In this document: in pieces, positions 1 to 10,919 of the stretch
Layout: each line of letters starts with the position of its first letter
Numbering within the stretch: position 1 is the first letter of the stretch
DNA from: an uncultured Trueperaceae bacterium
Lineage (GTDB): Bacteria > Deinococcota > Deinococci > Deinococcales > Trueperaceae
Direction of reading: 5' to 3'
Assembly: GCA_963727505.1 (NCBI GenBank)
Contig: CAVSGP010000009.1
Coordinates: 640,001-704,000, forward strand
DNA length: 64,000 nucleotides
The notes under the pieces: model-generated
Seen by the model: only the letters and a program-made list of their open reading frames with translations
The model's database searches: none
What the model was told of the DNA's origin: nothing
Position numbers and translations under genes: made by a program

Positions 1-1
1 G

Positions 2-811
2 CTCGGCGTGCCGCACGTCCCCTTCGCCGAAGTCGCTGCAGGAGGGGACCTGGACGCTGCGATCGCCGAGGTGGGGAGCCCTTGCGTGGTGAAGACGGCG
101 GGTTTCGGCTACGACGGCAAGGGGCAGGTGCGCGTGGACGGAGAGCGGGGGCGCACGGAGGCGCGGGCGCTGGCGGTCGAGCAGGCCGTGGTGGTCGAGC
201 GCTTCCTGGAACTGCAGGCGGAGCTGTCGGTGGTCGCCGCTCGCGGGCTCGACGGCGAAGTGGCCACCTTCGCGCCGGCCTTGAACCGGCACGAGCGCCA
301 CATCCTGGACCTCTCGAGCGCGCCCGCGCCGGTGCCGCGCGCGGTCGCCGAGCGAGCGAGCGAGATCACCCTCGCCGTCCTTGAAGGGCTCGAGCTCGTC
401 GGTGTCGCCTGCGTCGAGTTCTTCCTGGAGCGAGGGGGCCGCCTGTCGGTCAACGAGGTCGCCCCCCGACCCCACAACTCCGGTCATCTCACCATCGAGG
501 GCGCGGAGACCAGCCAGTTCGAGCAGCAGCTCCGGGCCGTGACCGGGCTGCCGCTGGGCTCGTGCGCGCCGCTCCGTCCCGCGGCGATGGCGAACCTGCT
601 GGGCGATCTGTGGCCGGGCGTCGAGCCGGACTGGGCGTCCGCGCTGAGCGTCCCGGGGGTTGAGCTCCACCTCTACGGCAAGGACGCCGCGCGCCCGGGC
701 CGCAAGATGGGCCATCTGACCGCCACCGGCGAGCGCCTGGAGGAGGCGGAGGCGCGCGTGCTGCGGGCCCGCGAGCGAGCGGCGCGCGGGCCTGGGAGCT
801 CACCGGCCTGA
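2..811 (+). CDS. purK: N5-carboxyaminoimidazole ribonucleotide synthase (5'-truncated by window edge)
   Basis: ATP-grasp motifs GYDGKGQ, NEVAPRPHNSGH, SQFEQQLRA, LYGK..RPGRKMGH. Confidence 0.93.
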   Translation, partial: LGVPHVPFAEVAAGGDLDAAIAEVGSPCVVKTAGFGYDGKGQVRVDGERGRTEARALAVEQAVVVERFLELQAELSVVAARGLDGEVATFAPALNRHERHILDLSSAPAPVPRAVAERASEITLAVLEGLELVGVACVEFFLERGGRLSVNEVAPRPHNSGHLTIEGAETSQFEQQLRAVTGLPLGSCAPLRPAAMANLLGDLWPGVEPDWASALSVPGVELHLYGKDAARPGRKMGHLTATGERLEEAEARVLRARERAARGPGSSPA

Positions 812-897
812 GGAACCCGGGGGCGCCGCCCGGTCGGCGTCCCTGGCGCGGCGTCGCGGCGCTCGGTGACTGTCGGGGACGCTGGTATAACGGGGGG

Positions 898-2853
898 GTG
901 CACAACGCCGCCCTCCTCGCCCCGGACGTGCGGCGCCGCCTCGAGCTCTCGCTCGCGGCCGCCGCCTCCGAACTCGAAGCCCTGCCCACGCGCGACCGGC
1001 AGCTCTTCCAGCTGCGTTGCGAACGCTTCTTCCAGAACCTCCATGACGGGCTGTCGCCCGTCTACGGCCGCCGCCCCGACTTCGATGCCTTCCTGCAGCG
1101 GCTGGTCGCGGGCATGGCGCGCCACTTCCGCGACCGTCCGGAGCCGCTCAAGGTGCTCGACATCGAGCGCGACCTCACGCCCGACTGGTTCCAGCACGAG
1201 TCGATGCTGGGTTACGTGTTCTACGTCGAGCGCTTCGCCGGCGATCTGCGGGGGGTGCTCGAGCACCTCGACTACCTCGAGGAGCTGGGGGTCAATTACG
1301 TCCACCTGATGTACACCCTGCGGCCTCGCGAGGGGGAGAACGACGGCGGTTACGCCATCCGGGACTACCGGGACGTCGATCCCCGGCTGGGAACGATCGA
1401 CGACCTCGAGTACCTGTGCGGGGAGCTCCGTGAACGACGCATCAGTGCCTGCGTCGATCTGGTCCTCAACCACTGCGCCGACGATCACGCCTGGGCGCGC
1501 AAGGCGAGCGAAGGGGACGAGCACTACCAGGACTACTTCTTCATGTACGACGATCGCGCCGTCCCCGACGCGTACGAGAAGACCCTGCCGGAGGTGTTCC
1601 CGGACTTCGCGCCGGGGAACTTCACCTACGATTCCGCCATCGGCAAGTGGATCTGGACGACCTTCAACGACTACCAGTGGGACCTCAACTGGACGAACCC
1701 GGAGGTCTTCCTGGAGATCGTCGACATCATGTTCTTCCTGGCCAACAAGGGGGTCGAGGTCTTCCGGCTGGATGCCGTCGCGTTCCTGTGGAAGCGCCTG
1801 GGCACGGACTGCCAGAACCAGCCGGAGGTGCACGACGTGTTGCAGGCGCTGCGCGCGTGCTCACGCATCGCCTCGCCCGCTGTCGCCCACAAGGCCGAGG
1901 CCATCGTGTCGCCCGACGATCTCATCCACTACTTCGGCACCGGCCGGCACTACGGCAAGGTCAGCAACATCGCGTACCACAACTCGCTGATGGTGCAGTT
2001 CTGGTCCTCGCTGGCGAGCCGCGACACGCGGCTGATGGTCCACACGCTGCGGGAGTTCCCACGCACGCCGGCCTCGATCGCGTGGGGAACGTACGTCCGC
2101 TGTCACGACGATATCGGCTGGGCGGTCACCGAGGACGACGCGGCCGCCGTCGGCCTGTCGGGCCCGGGCCACCGGGACTTCCTGTCGGACTACTACTCGG
2201 GCCAGTTCCCGGGCTCGCACGCACGCGGCGCGGTGTTCCAGCACAATCGCCGCACGGGGGACCGCAGGATCTCGGGCAGCTTCGCGAGCCTGGCCGGGCT
2301 GGAGTTCGCCGTCGAACGGGCCGACGACCGGCTGGTGGCGCTCAGCATCGAGCGCATCCTGCTGGGGCACGCGCTCATCTGCGGTTTCGGCGGCATCCCG
2401 CTGATCTACATGGGCGACGAGATCGGCATGACGAACGACTACCGCTACACCAGCCTGCCCGAGCACGCCGGCGACAACCGCTGGATGCACCGCCCGTTCA
2501 TGGACTGGGAGAAGGCGGAGCGGCGCCGTGACGAGGCCAGCATCGAGGGGCGCATCTTCCACGGGCTGCGCCGGATCGTGCGCGCGCGCAGCCACACGCC
2601 GCAACTCAACTCTGCGTACGCCACCGAGGTGCTCGACGTCGATCACCCCCACCTGCTGGTGCTGTCGCGCCCTCACCCCCTGGGCGAGCTGGTCGAGATC
2701 TACAACTTCAGCGAGTCGTCGCAGTGGCTCGATGCCGCCGTGCTGGTCGGCCGGAACCTCTACCAGCCGTTCGACCAGCTCAGCCAGGCGTTCGTCGACG
2801 TCTCGCGGGGCGCCCTGTCGGTGCCGCCCTACGGCCGCTACTGGCTGATCTGA
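898..2853 (+). CDS. GH13 amylosucrase/sucrose hydrolase-like glycosidase
   Basis: DGGYAIRDY, DLVLNH, FRLDAVAF (nucleophile), KAEAIV (acid/base), RCHDDIGW, DNRWMHRP; TATAAC 6 nt before the GTG start. Confidence 0.85.
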   Translation: MHNAALLAPDVRRRLELSLAAAASELEALPTRDRQLFQLRCERFFQNLHDGLSPVYGRRPDFDAFLQRLVAGMARHFRDRPEPLKVLDIERDLTPDWFQHESMLGYVFYVERFAGDLRGVLEHLDYLEELGVNYVHLMYTLRPREGENDGGYAIRDYRDVDPRLGTIDDLEYLCGELRERRISACVDLVLNHCADDHAWARKASEGDEHYQDYFFMYDDRAVPDAYEKTLPEVFPDFAPGNFTYDSAIGKWIWTTFNDYQWDLNWTNPEVFLEIVDIMFFLANKGVEVFRLDAVAFLWKRLGTDCQNQPEVHDVLQALRACSRIASPAVAHKAEAIVSPDDLIHYFGTGRHYGKVSNIAYHNSLMVQFWSSLASRDTRLMVHTLREFPRTPASIAWGTYVRCHDDIGWAVTEDDAAAVGLSGPGHRDFLSDYYSGQFPGSHARGAVFQHNRRTGDRRISGSFASLAGLEFAVERADDRLVALSIERILLGHALICGFGGIPLIYMGDEIGMTNDYRYTSLPEHAGDNRWMHRPFMDWEKAERRRDEASIEGRIFHGLRRIVRARSHTPQLNSAYATEVLDVDHPHLLVLSRPHPLGELVEIYNFSESSQWLDAAVLVGRNLYQPFDQLSQAFVDVSRGALSVPPYGRYWLI

Positions 2854-2878
2854 GCGACGCGTGCTCGCAAGGCAAGAA

Positions 2879-2912
2879 GAACGCCCCCGGCCGTTGCGGG
2901 CCGGGGGCGTTC
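2879..2912 (-). terminator. Intrinsic terminator hairpin between convergent genes
   Basis: GAACGCCCCCGGCC-GTTGCG-GGCCGGGGGCGTTC perfect stem; T-rich tail on the minus strand. Confidence 0.75.
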
Positions 2913-2934
2913 CAGGTTGCAGGTGGCGCGAACG

Positions 2935-4413
2935 TTACTGGATGGTGATGCGCCCGTCGGTCTTCGGGGCGATGGTGCCGTCCGCGGCCACGGCGTTCGC
3001 CACCACCTCGGCCAAGAGCGGCCCCTCGGCCGGCGACACGGTGGTCGGCAGCCCCTTGAACGCGGTGTAGCCGTCGCCGCCACTGTACATGTAGTCGTTG
3101 ATCGCCACGACGTAGGTGGCGTTGGGGTCGAGCGGCTTGCCGCCGACCATGATGTCGCTGACGCGCTGGCCGGCGGGCTGGCCCGGGCGCACGGTGAACG
3201 AGACACCCGATACCTGCGGGAACCGCCCCGCCAGGTCCTGCATCTGGGATACGCCGTTCTCCAGTGCCGCCGCCAGGGCGCTGCCCTTGGCCTTCACCGC
3301 GACGATGCTGTTGCCGAACGGCAGGATGGCGTAGACGTCCTTCTTGGTGACCGGGCCCGCCGGGTACATGCGGTCGGTGCGGATGCCGCCACCGTTCATG
3401 ATCGCGACATCGGCGCGCGTGGCCTGGCGGGTGGCGTCGGCGATGTAGTCCCCGAGGTTGGTCTCCTTGGCGCGGACGTCCTTCTCGACGGCGTCCAGGG
3501 CCACCACGGACTTGCCGAGCACCTTGGCGAAGCTGGCGTCGAGTTGGGTGGCGTAGCCCTGCACGAACGCCTGCATGCCCGGGTCCTTGGGCGTGAGGTT
3601 GCTCACGGGGATGTTGCGGTAGCTGGTCACGGGGTTCTTGCCGGAGAAGTCGACGTTGACGTCCCACACGTTGCGCCAGTCGCTCGTCGCCTTGACGAAC
3701 GGGGCGTGGCCGCACTGGGTGTCCATCATGGCGGCGTGGTCGTGCCCGCCGACGATGAGGTCGATGCCCGACACCTTCGAGGAGAGCTCGCAGTCCTGCG
3801 CCTTGGCCTCGTGGGTGAGTGCGACGATGTACTGGGCGCCCTCGCCCTGGAGCTTCTTGACCTCGGCCTGGGCCGTGGCGATGGGATCCTTGAAGGTGAC
3901 CGCCGAGGCGTTGGCGAGGATCGACGAGAAGTCGTAGGCGATCCCGAAGAGGCCGATCTTGACGCCACCCACGTCTACGACGGCGTCGGCCTGGGTGCCG
4001 GCGATCGGCTCACCGGTCGAGCTGTCCAGGATGTTGGCCGTGAGCCAGGTGAAGTTGGACTCCTGGATGCGCTGCTTCAACACGTCGAGCCCGAAGTCGA
4101 ACTCGTGATTGCCGAGGGTGGCGTAGTCGACGCCCAGGCGGTTGAGGGCCTCCACCATCTGCTTGCCCTGGAAGGCGTTGGACATCACCGAGGGGGAGAG
4201 CAGGTCGCCGGCGAAGAGCACCAGCGTGTTGGGGTCGAAGGCCTTGACCTGGTGGACGACCGTGGCGACCGCGGCCGCCCCGCCCCGCGTACCGCTGTCG
4301 ACGCCCTGCAGCTCGTAGACGTCGTTGAAGGTCAGGAAGCCGACGCGCTGCGCCTGGGCGAATGCTCCCAGCATGATCAGAGCGACGAAGAGCCAACGGA
4401 ATCTGCGCATCAT
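2935..4413 (-). CDS. Secreted bifunctional 5'-nucleotidase/metallophosphoesterase (UshA family)
   Basis: N-terminal signal peptide; motifs [38 protein letters not shown]. Confidence 0.88.
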   Translation of the reverse strand: MMRRFRWLFVALIMLGAFAQAQRVGFLTFNDVYELQGVDSGTRGGAAAVATVVHQVKAFDPNTLVLFAGDLLSPSVMSNAFQGKQMVEALNRLGVDYATLGNHEFDFGLDVLKQRIQESNFTWLTANILDSSTGEPIAGTQADAVVDVGGVKIGLFGIAYDFSSILANASAVTFKDPIATAQAEVKKLQGEGAQYIVALTHEAKAQDCELSSKVSGIDLIVGGHDHAAMMDTQCGHAPFVKATSDWRNVWDVNVDFSGKNPVTSYRNIPVSNLTPKDPGMQAFVQGYATQLDASFAKVLGKSVVALDAVEKDVRAKETNLGDYIADATRQATRADVAIMNGGGIRTDRMYPAGPVTKKDVYAILPFGNSIVAVKAKGSALAAALENGVSQMQDLAGRFPQVSGVSFTVRPGQPAGQRVSDIMVGGKPLDPNATYVVAINDYMYSGGDGYTAFKGLPTTVSPAEGPLLAEVVANAVAADGTIAPKTDGRITIQ

Positions 4414-4655
4414 ACGGGTACCACCTTTCGGAATCGCGAGCCGGGGCCGCCGAACCGGCCCCGCCGGGCGGGAACGTGCCGGCCGCGCCAGGGGCCGGCA
4501 CGGGCCGTTCGTCCCCCATCTACGGTCGTCACCTTCCGGCGGTTACCAGTACACCACACCGCAGCGAAGGCATGGCGGCCCGGACGGGGCGATGCGGAGC
4601 GCTCCGGTTCCGTCGGGGCGGTGGGCGCGCCGGCGTCGGGAAGGTGGCCGAGCAC

Positions 4656-4685
4656 TTGAAAAGAGGTCCGTGTGCGGAGTATACT
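4656..4685 (+). promoter_or_regulatory. Sigma70-type promoter of the str/S10 superoperon
   Basis: TTGAAA (4656-4661), 18-nt spacer, TATACT (4680-4685). Confidence 0.65.
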
Positions 4686-4840
4686 CACGAGGTTTGACTC
4701 CCCCTGGCCCGCAGCGATGGGTCCGGGGGAAGGTTTGTCGTGTGCTGCACGGCACCTGGCATCTCGCCGATCCCGCCTCTGCGATCAGGGTCGAGTCCGC
4801 TCGCCGAAAAGCGAGCGCCACGCTTAAGGGAGTGATTGCT

Positions 4841-5230
4841 CTGCCGACCGTTAACCAGCTCCTCAGGAAGGGCCGCAAGAAGCTGCCCAAGAAGAACAAG
4901 ACCCCGGCGCTCAAGGGGTCTCCGCAGCGTCGCGGCGTGTGCACGGCGGTGAAGACCCAGACCCCGAAGAAGCCGAACTCCGCGCTGCGGAAGATCGCGC
5001 GCGTGCGGCTGTCGAGCGGGTACGAGGTGACCGCCTACATCCCGGGTGAGAAGCACAATCTCCAGGAGCACTCGGTCGTGTTGATCCGTGGTGGCCGCGT
5101 GAAGGACCTGCCGGGGGTCCGTTATCACATCGTCAGAGGTGCGCTCGACGCCCAGGGCGTCGGCGTGGGCCGCTACGTGCAGCGCAACCAAGGGCGCAGC
5201 AAGTACGGCACGAAGAAGCCGAAGGGCTAG
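4841..5230 (+). CDS. rpsL: 30S ribosomal protein S12 (probable CTG start)
   Basis: [11 protein letters not shown]...[11 protein letters not shown]...[20 protein letters not shown] 8 nt before CTG 4841. Confidence 0.97.
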   Translation: MPTVNQLLRKGRKKLPKKNKTPALKGSPQRRGVCTAVKTQTPKKPNSALRKIARVRLSSGYEVTAYIPGEKHNLQEHSVVLIRGGRVKDLPGVRYHIVRGALDAQGVGVGRYVQRNQGRSKYGTKKPKG

Positions 5231-5243
5231 GTCGAGGTAGAGG

Positions 5244-5714
5244 ATGGGACGCAGGAGACGAGCACAGGTCCGCAAACTCGAGCCTGATCTGGTGTACAGC
5301 GACACCACGGTCACGGCGTTCGTGAACAAGCTGATGCGTGATGGCAAGAAGAACCTCGCCAGCCGTATCTTCTATGGTTCGTGCCGGCTGATCCAGGAGC
5401 GCAGCGGCCAGGAGCCCCTGAAGGTGTTCCGGCAGGCGCTCGATAACGTCAAGCCGCGCATCGAGGTCAAGAGCCGCCGTGTCGGTGGTGCCACGTACCA
5501 GGTTCCCGTGGAGGTCAACCCGCGCCGGTCGCAATCGCTCAGCTTGCGGTGGCTGGTGGCGGCGTCCGACTCGCGCCCCGAAAGGACCGCCGTGGAGCGT
5601 GTCGCGGGCGAGTTGCTGGATGCCGCGGCGGGTCGTGGCGGGGCCGTCAAGAAGAAGGATGATGTCGAGCGCATGGCGGAGGCGAACCGCGCCTACGCCC
5701 ACTACCGCTGGTAG
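5244..5714 (+). CDS. rpsG: 30S ribosomal protein S7
   Basis: EVKSRRVGGATYQVP, MAEANRAYAHYRW; str operon position. Confidence 0.98.
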   Translation: MGRRRRAQVRKLEPDLVYSDTTVTAFVNKLMRDGKKNLASRIFYGSCRLIQERSGQEPLKVFRQALDNVKPRIEVKSRRVGGATYQVPVEVNPRRSQSLSLRWLVAASDSRPERTAVERVAGELLDAAAGRGGAVKKKDDVERMAEANRAYAHYRW

Positions 5715-5744
5715 CCGGCGCGCTTCCGACCCGACAGGTGGAGT

Positions 5745-7817
5745 ATGACTACCCAGACGAAGATTGACCTGCACAAGACCCGCAATATCGGCATCGCCGC
5801 CCACATCGACGCGGGCAAGACGACGCTGACGGAGCGGATCCTGTTCTATGCGGGGCGCATCCACAAGATGGGGGAGACCCACGAGGGCGCCTCCCAGATG
5901 GACTGGATGGAGCAGGAGCGCGAGCGTGGCATCACGATCACTTCGGCCGTGACGCAGTGCTTCTGGCTCGACACCCGCATCAATATCATCGACACTCCAG
6001 GGCACGTCGACTTCACCATGGAGGTCGAGCGCAGCATGCGCGTGCTCGACGGCGCCGTGGCGGTGTTCGACGCCAGCCAGGGCGTGGAGCCGCAGAGCGA
6101 GACGGTGTGGCGTCAGGCCGACAAGTACCGCGTGCCGCGCCTCGCCTTCGCCAACAAGATGGACAAGACCGGGGCGGACTTCCAGCTCGTGCTCGACAGC
6201 ATGGAGGAGCGCCTCGCGGCGAACGCCGTGGCGATCCAGTGGCCGATGGGGGCCGAGGACAAGTTCGCCGGCATCCTCGACCTGGTGGACATGAAGGCGG
6301 TCATCTACGGTGACGATCTGGGCAAGGACATCCAGTTCGTGGACATCCCCGCCGAGTGGCAGGACACCGCCGAGGAGAAGCGCAACCTCATGATCGAGCG
6401 CCTGGCGGACGTCGACGACGATGTAGCGCTGCTGTTCCTGGAGGGCGAGGAGATCCCGACCGAGACGATCAAGTCCGCCATCCGGCAGGCGACCATCGCC
6501 CAGAAGATCTTCCCGGTCCTGTGCGGCTCGGCCCTCAAGAACAAGGGCGTGCAGCGTGTCCTCGACGCCGTTGCCTGGTATCTGCCCAGCCCGCTCGACG
6601 TGCCGCCCGTGCGCGGCGTGATCCCCGACACCGGTGAGGAGCAGACGCGCCCGGCCGAGGAGGACGCGCCTACCGCGGCGCTGGCGTACAAGGTCATGAC
6701 CGACCCCTACGTGGGCCGGCTGGTGTTCGTGCGGGTCTACTCGGGTGCGTTCGTCTCCGGCTCCTACATCTACAACGTGTCCAAGGGCAAGCGCGAGCGC
6801 ATCGGACGCCTGCTGAAGATGCACGCCAACTCCCGCGAGGAGGTGGAGCGCATCGGCGCCGGCGACGTGGGCGCCGTGATCGGGCTCAAGGACACCAGCA
6901 CCGGCGACACGCTCGCCGACCCGGATCACCCCATCGAGCTCGAGTCGATCGAGATCCCCGAGCCGGTCATCACGGTAGCCATCGAGCCGGCGTCGAAGGC
7001 CGACCAGGACAAGCTGTCCAACGGTCTTGTGAAGCTGGCCGAGGAGGACCCGACCTTCCGCGTGGAGACCGATGCCGAGACCGGGCAGACCAAGATCTCG
7101 GGCATGGGTGAGCTCCACCTGGAGATCATCGTGGACCGGCTCAAGCGCGAGTTCAACGTCAATGCCCACGTCGGCGCGCCGCAGGTGGCGTACCGCGAGA
7201 CCATCACGCGGAAGGTCGACGTCGAGGGCAAGTTCGTGCGCCAGACGGGCGGTCGCGGTCAGTACGGCCATGTCAAGCTGCAGGCCGAGCCGCGCGCCCG
7301 GGGCGAGGGCTTCGAGTTCGAGAACGGCATCGTCGGCGGCGTCATCCCCCGTGAGTACATCCCGGCCGTGCAGAAGGGCGTCGAGGAGGCCATGCAGAAC
7401 GGGCCGCTACTCGGTTTCCCCATCGTCGACATGAAGGTGAAGCTCTACGACGGGTCGTACCACGAGGTGGACTCGTCGGAGATGGCCTTCAAGATCGCCG
7501 CCTCGATGGGGTTGCGCGAGATCATGAAGCAGGGTGGGGCCGCAGTGCTCGAGCCGGTCATGCGGGTCGAGGTGGTCACTCCTGACCAGTACATGGGTGA
7601 CGTCATCGGGAACCTGAACTCGCGTCGCGGCCAGATCCAGGGCATGGAGCCCCGCGGCAACGCCCAGGTCGTCACCGCCCACGTGCCGCTTGCCGAGATG
7701 TTCGGCTACGCGACCGACCTCCGTAGCCTGTCGCAGGGCCGGGCCGTCTTCACGATGATGCTCGATCACTACGACCAGGTCCCGCGCAGCATTCAAGAAG
7801 AGCTCGTCAAGAGCTGA
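5745..7817 (+). CDS. fusA: Elongation factor G
   Basis: [35 protein letters not shown]. Confidence 0.98.
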   Translation: MTTQTKIDLHKTRNIGIAAHIDAGKTTLTERILFYAGRIHKMGETHEGASQMDWMEQERERGITITSAVTQCFWLDTRINIIDTPGHVDFTMEVERSMRVLDGAVAVFDASQGVEPQSETVWRQADKYRVPRLAFANKMDKTGADFQLVLDSMEERLAANAVAIQWPMGAEDKFAGILDLVDMKAVIYGDDLGKDIQFVDIPAEWQDTAEEKRNLMIERLADVDDDVALLFLEGEEIPTETIKSAIRQATIAQKIFPVLCGSALKNKGVQRVLDAVAWYLPSPLDVPPVRGVIPDTGEEQTRPAEEDAPTAALAYKVMTDPYVGRLVFVRVYSGAFVSGSYIYNVSKGKRERIGRLLKMHANSREEVERIGAGDVGAVIGLKDTSTGDTLADPDHPIELESIEIPEPVITVAIEPASKADQDKLSNGLVKLAEEDPTFRVETDAETGQTKISGMGELHLEIIVDRLKREFNVNAHVGAPQVAYRETITRKVDVEGKFVRQTGGRGQYGHVKLQAEPRARGEGFEFENGIVGGVIPREYIPAVQKGVEEAMQNGPLLGFPIVDMKVKLYDGSYHEVDSSEMAFKIAASMGLREIMKQGGAAVLEPVMRVEVVTPDQYMGDVIGNLNSRRGQIQGMEPRGNAQVVTAHVPLAEMFGYATDLRSLSQGRAVFTMMLDHYDQVPRSIQEELVKS

Positions 7818-7857
7818 GAATCGTCCGACCTCGTTTCGGAGTCGAAGGAGAACAACG

Positions 7858-9077
7858 ATGGCTAAGGGTGTGTTTGAGCGTACGAAGCCGCATGTGAATG
7901 TGGGGACGATTGGGCATGTGGATCATGGGAAGACGACGTTGACGGCTGCGATTACGTTTGCGGCTGCGGCGGCGGATCCGAGTGTGGAGATTCAGGATTA
8001 CGATCAGATTGATAAGGCGCCGGAGGAGAAGGCGCGGGGGATTACGATTAATACGGCGCATGTGGAGTATCAGACGGTTGCGCGGCATTATTCGCATGTG
8101 GATTGTCCGGGGCATGCGGATTATGTGAAGAACATGATTACGGGTGCTGCGCAGATGGATGGTGCGGTGTTGGTGGTGTCGGCTGCGGATGGGCCGATGC
8201 CGCAGACGCGTGAGCATATTTTGTTGGCGCGTCAGGTGGGGGTGCCGTCGATTGTGGTGTTTTTGAACAAGGTGGATATGGTGGATGATGAGGAGTTGTT
8301 GGAGTTGGTGGAGATGGAGGTGCGGGAGCTTTTGTCTTCGTATGAGTTTCCGGGGGATGAGATTCCGGTGGTGTCGGGGTCTGCGTTGAGGGCGTTGGAG
8401 GCGTTGCATGGGAATCCGAATATGCAGCGTGGTGAGGATGGGTGGGTGGATAAGATTTGGGAGTTGTTGGATGCGGTGGATTCGTATGTTCCGACGCCGG
8501 TTCGGGATACGGAGAAGCCGTTTTTGATGCCGGTGGAGGATGTGTTTACGATTACGGGTCGTGGGACGGTGGCTACGGGTCGTATTGAGCGTGGTGGGGT
8601 GAAGACGGGGGATGAGGTTGAGATTGTTGGGTCTGGGGGATACGCGGAAGACGGTGGTGACTGGGTGTGGAGATGCATCGGAAGACGTTGTCGTCGGGGA
8701 TGGCTGGGGATAATGTGGGGGTTTTGTTGCGGGGTGTGGGGCGTGAGGAGATTGAGCGGGGTCAGGTGTTGGCGAAGCCTGGTTCGATTACGCCGCATAC
8801 GGTGTTTCGGGGGTCGGTGTATGTGTTGAAGAAGGAGGAGGGGGGGCGGCATTCGGCGTTTTTTTCTGGGTATCGGCCGCAGTTTTACTTTCGGACGACG
8901 GATGTGACGGGGGTGGTGTCGTTGCCGGAGGGTGTGGAGATGGTGATGCCTGGGGATAATGTGGAGCTTGCGGTGGAGTTGATTAAGCCGATTGCGATGG
9001 AGGAGGGGTTGCGGTTTGCGATTCGTGAGGGGGGTCGGACGGTCGGTGCGGGTGTCGTGACGGCCGTGACGAAGTAA
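7858..9077 (+). CDS. tuf: Elongation factor Tu (two apparent +1 G insertions near 8630 and 8664, probably sequence errors)
   Basis: [29 protein letters not shown]-terminal half [15 protein letters not shown] in another frame; removing one G from each GGGT restores [21 protein letters not shown]. Confidence 0.95.
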
Positions 9078-9079
9078 CC

Positions 9080-9400
9080 ATGGCAGCCCCCAAGATCCGA
9101 ATCAAGCTCAAGGCGTTCGATCACCGAAGCCTGGACAGTTCCGCCACCAAGATCGTAGAGACGGTCCGGCGCACGGGCGCCAAGGTCGCCGGCCCGGTGC
9201 CGCTCCCGACCCGCATCCGGCGGTTCTGCGTGCTGCGTTCGCCGTTCGTCGACAAGGACAGCCGGGAACACTTCGAGATCCGTACCCACAACCGGCTGAT
9301 CGACATCAAGTCGCCGACGAAGAGCACCATCGATTCCCTCATGCACCTCGATCTGCCGACCGGGGTGGACATCGAGATCAAGACCGTCGGAGGACGATGA
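9080..9400 (+). CDS. rpsJ: 30S ribosomal protein S10
   Basis: [25 protein letters not shown]. Confidence 0.98.
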   Translation: MAAPKIRIKLKAFDHRSLDSSATKIVETVRRTGAKVAGPVPLPTRIRRFCVLRSPFVDKDSREHFEIRTHNRLIDIKSPTKSTIDSLMHLDLPTGVDIEIKTVGGR

Positions 9401-10023
9401 GCGTGAAAGGCATTCTCGGCACCAAGGTGGGCATGACCCAGGTGTGGTTCGGCGACCGGCTCGTGCCGGTGACCGTCGTCCTCGCCGGGCCCTGCCCCGT
9501 GGTGCAGCGCAAGACGCCGGAGCGTGACGGCTATTCCGCCGTGCAGCTCGGCTGGGTGGAGAAGCGCGAGAAGCTCGCGAACAAACCCCAGCTCGGGCAC
9601 TTCCGCAAGGCGGGGGTCGCGCCGCAGCGTCACCTGGTGGAGTTCAGGGACTACACGCCCGACGACGACAACGTCACGGTCGAGATCTTCGAGCCGGGCG
9701 AGACGGTCGACGTCACCGGCACCAGCAAGGGACGAGGGACCGCCGGCGTGATCAAGCGCTGGGGGTTCAGCGGCATGCCTGCCAGCCACGGCACCAAGAA
9801 GAAGCACCGCCACGGCGGGTCCATCGGCAACCGCAAGTCCCCGGGCCGCGTCTACAAGGGCAAGCGCATGGCGGGCCGCCACGGTGCGGCTCCCGTGACG
9901 ACGGTCGGCCTCGAGGTCGTGGACGTTCGCAAGGACGACAACCTGATCCTCATCAAGGGTGCATTGCCCGGCGCGAACGGCTCGATGCTGGTAGTCAAGC
10001 AATCGAACAGGAGGGCGCGCTGA
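9397..10023 (+). CDS. rplC: 50S ribosomal protein L3
   Basis: [25 protein letters not shown]. Confidence 0.97.
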   Translation: MSVKGILGTKVGMTQVWFGDRLVPVTVVLAGPCPVVQRKTPERDGYSAVQLGWVEKREKLANKPQLGHFRKAGVAPQRHLVEFRDYTPDDDNVTVEIFEPGETVDVTGTSKGRGTAGVIKRWGFSGMPASHGTKKKHRHGGSIGNRKSPGRVYKGKRMAGRHGAAPVTTVGLEVVDVRKDDNLILIKGALPGANGSMLVVKQSNRRAR

Positions 10024-10619
10024 TGCCGGTCACGCTCGACGTCGTCGGTAGCGAACGGAAGCTCACGCTCGACCTGCCCGAGCCGAAGGAGTCGGTGCTG
10101 CACGAGGTCGTTGCCTGGCAGCTCTCGAAGCGCAGGCGCGGCACGGCGGCGACCAAGACCCGCGGCATGATGACGGGCTCCACCGCCAAGATCTACGCGC
10201 AGAAGGGTACCGGCCGTGCACGGCACGGTGACCGGAAGGCCCCGATCTTCGTGGGCGGCGGGACGGTCTTCGGTCCGCAACCACGCAACTACGGCTACAC
10301 GTTGCCCAAGCGCGTACGCCGGCTCGGCCTGGCCATGGCCGTCGCAGCCAGGGCGCAGGCCGGGAAGCTGACGCTGGTGGAGTCGTTCGACATCGACGGC
10401 AAGACCAAGGCGTTCGTGAGCTGGGCCCGCGACCACGGGTTCGACGGTAGCGAGCGGGTACTGCTCGTCACCGACGACGAGATGGCCCGCCGTGCAGCAC
10501 GCAACCTTCCCTGGGTCGACGTGCTGCCCGCGCGCGGCCTGAACGCCTACGACATCTTGCGCAGCGACCACGTGATCGCCGACGCCAAGATCTTCGACAC
10601 CGCGGAGGTGGGATCGTGA
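10023..10619 (+). CDS. rplD: 50S ribosomal protein L4
   Basis: [21 protein letters not shown]. Confidence 0.97.
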   Translation: MPVTLDVVGSERKLTLDLPEPKESVLHEVVAWQLSKRRRGTAATKTRGMMTGSTAKIYAQKGTGRARHGDRKAPIFVGGGTVFGPQPRNYGYTLPKRVRRLGLAMAVAARAQAGKLTLVESFDIDGKTKAFVSWARDHGFDGSERVLLVTDDEMARRAARNLPWVDVLPARGLNAYDILRSDHVIADAKIFDTAEVGS

Positions 10620-10903
10620 ACCCGCACGACGTGATCCTCTCCCCGGTCCTCAGCGAGAAGGCCATCGGCACCATCGAAGCGGGCAAGTATGCCTTCTACG
10701 TGCACCCGGACGCGAACCGCAGCCAGGTCAAGGACGCCGTCGAGATCGTGTTCAAGGTCGATGTCGTCAAGATCAACATGCTGAAGGTCCGCGGCAAGAT
10801 CAAGACGCAAGGACGCTACCCGGGCCGGTCCTCGCTCCGCAAGAAGGCGATCGTCACCCTGCAGGCCGGGCAGCGCATCCAGCAGCTCGAAGGCCTGACG
10901 TAA
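10616..10903 (+). CDS. rplW: 50S ribosomal protein L23
   Basis: PVLSEKA, KKAIVTL; operon order. Confidence 0.96.
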   Translation: MNPHDVILSPVLSEKAIGTIEAGKYAFYVHPDANRSQVKDAVEIVFKVDVVKINMLKVRGKIKTQGRYPGRSSLRKKAIVTLQAGQRIQQLEGLT

Positions 10904-10919
10904 GGAAGGGAGGGAACGC

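Noticed and set aside
5133..7271. Long antisense ORFs opposite fusA and many other genes
   Set aside because: Expected shadow ORFs in high-GC3 DNA; no motifs or start signals
7807..8409. His/Arg/Leu-rich antisense ORF opposite tuf
   Set aside because: By-product of the G/T skew of tuf; no independent coding signal
7858..9077. tuf as a true pseudogene or programmed frameshift
   Set aside because: Two extra G bases in GGGT contexts with an otherwise fully conserved protein; similar indels occur across the window
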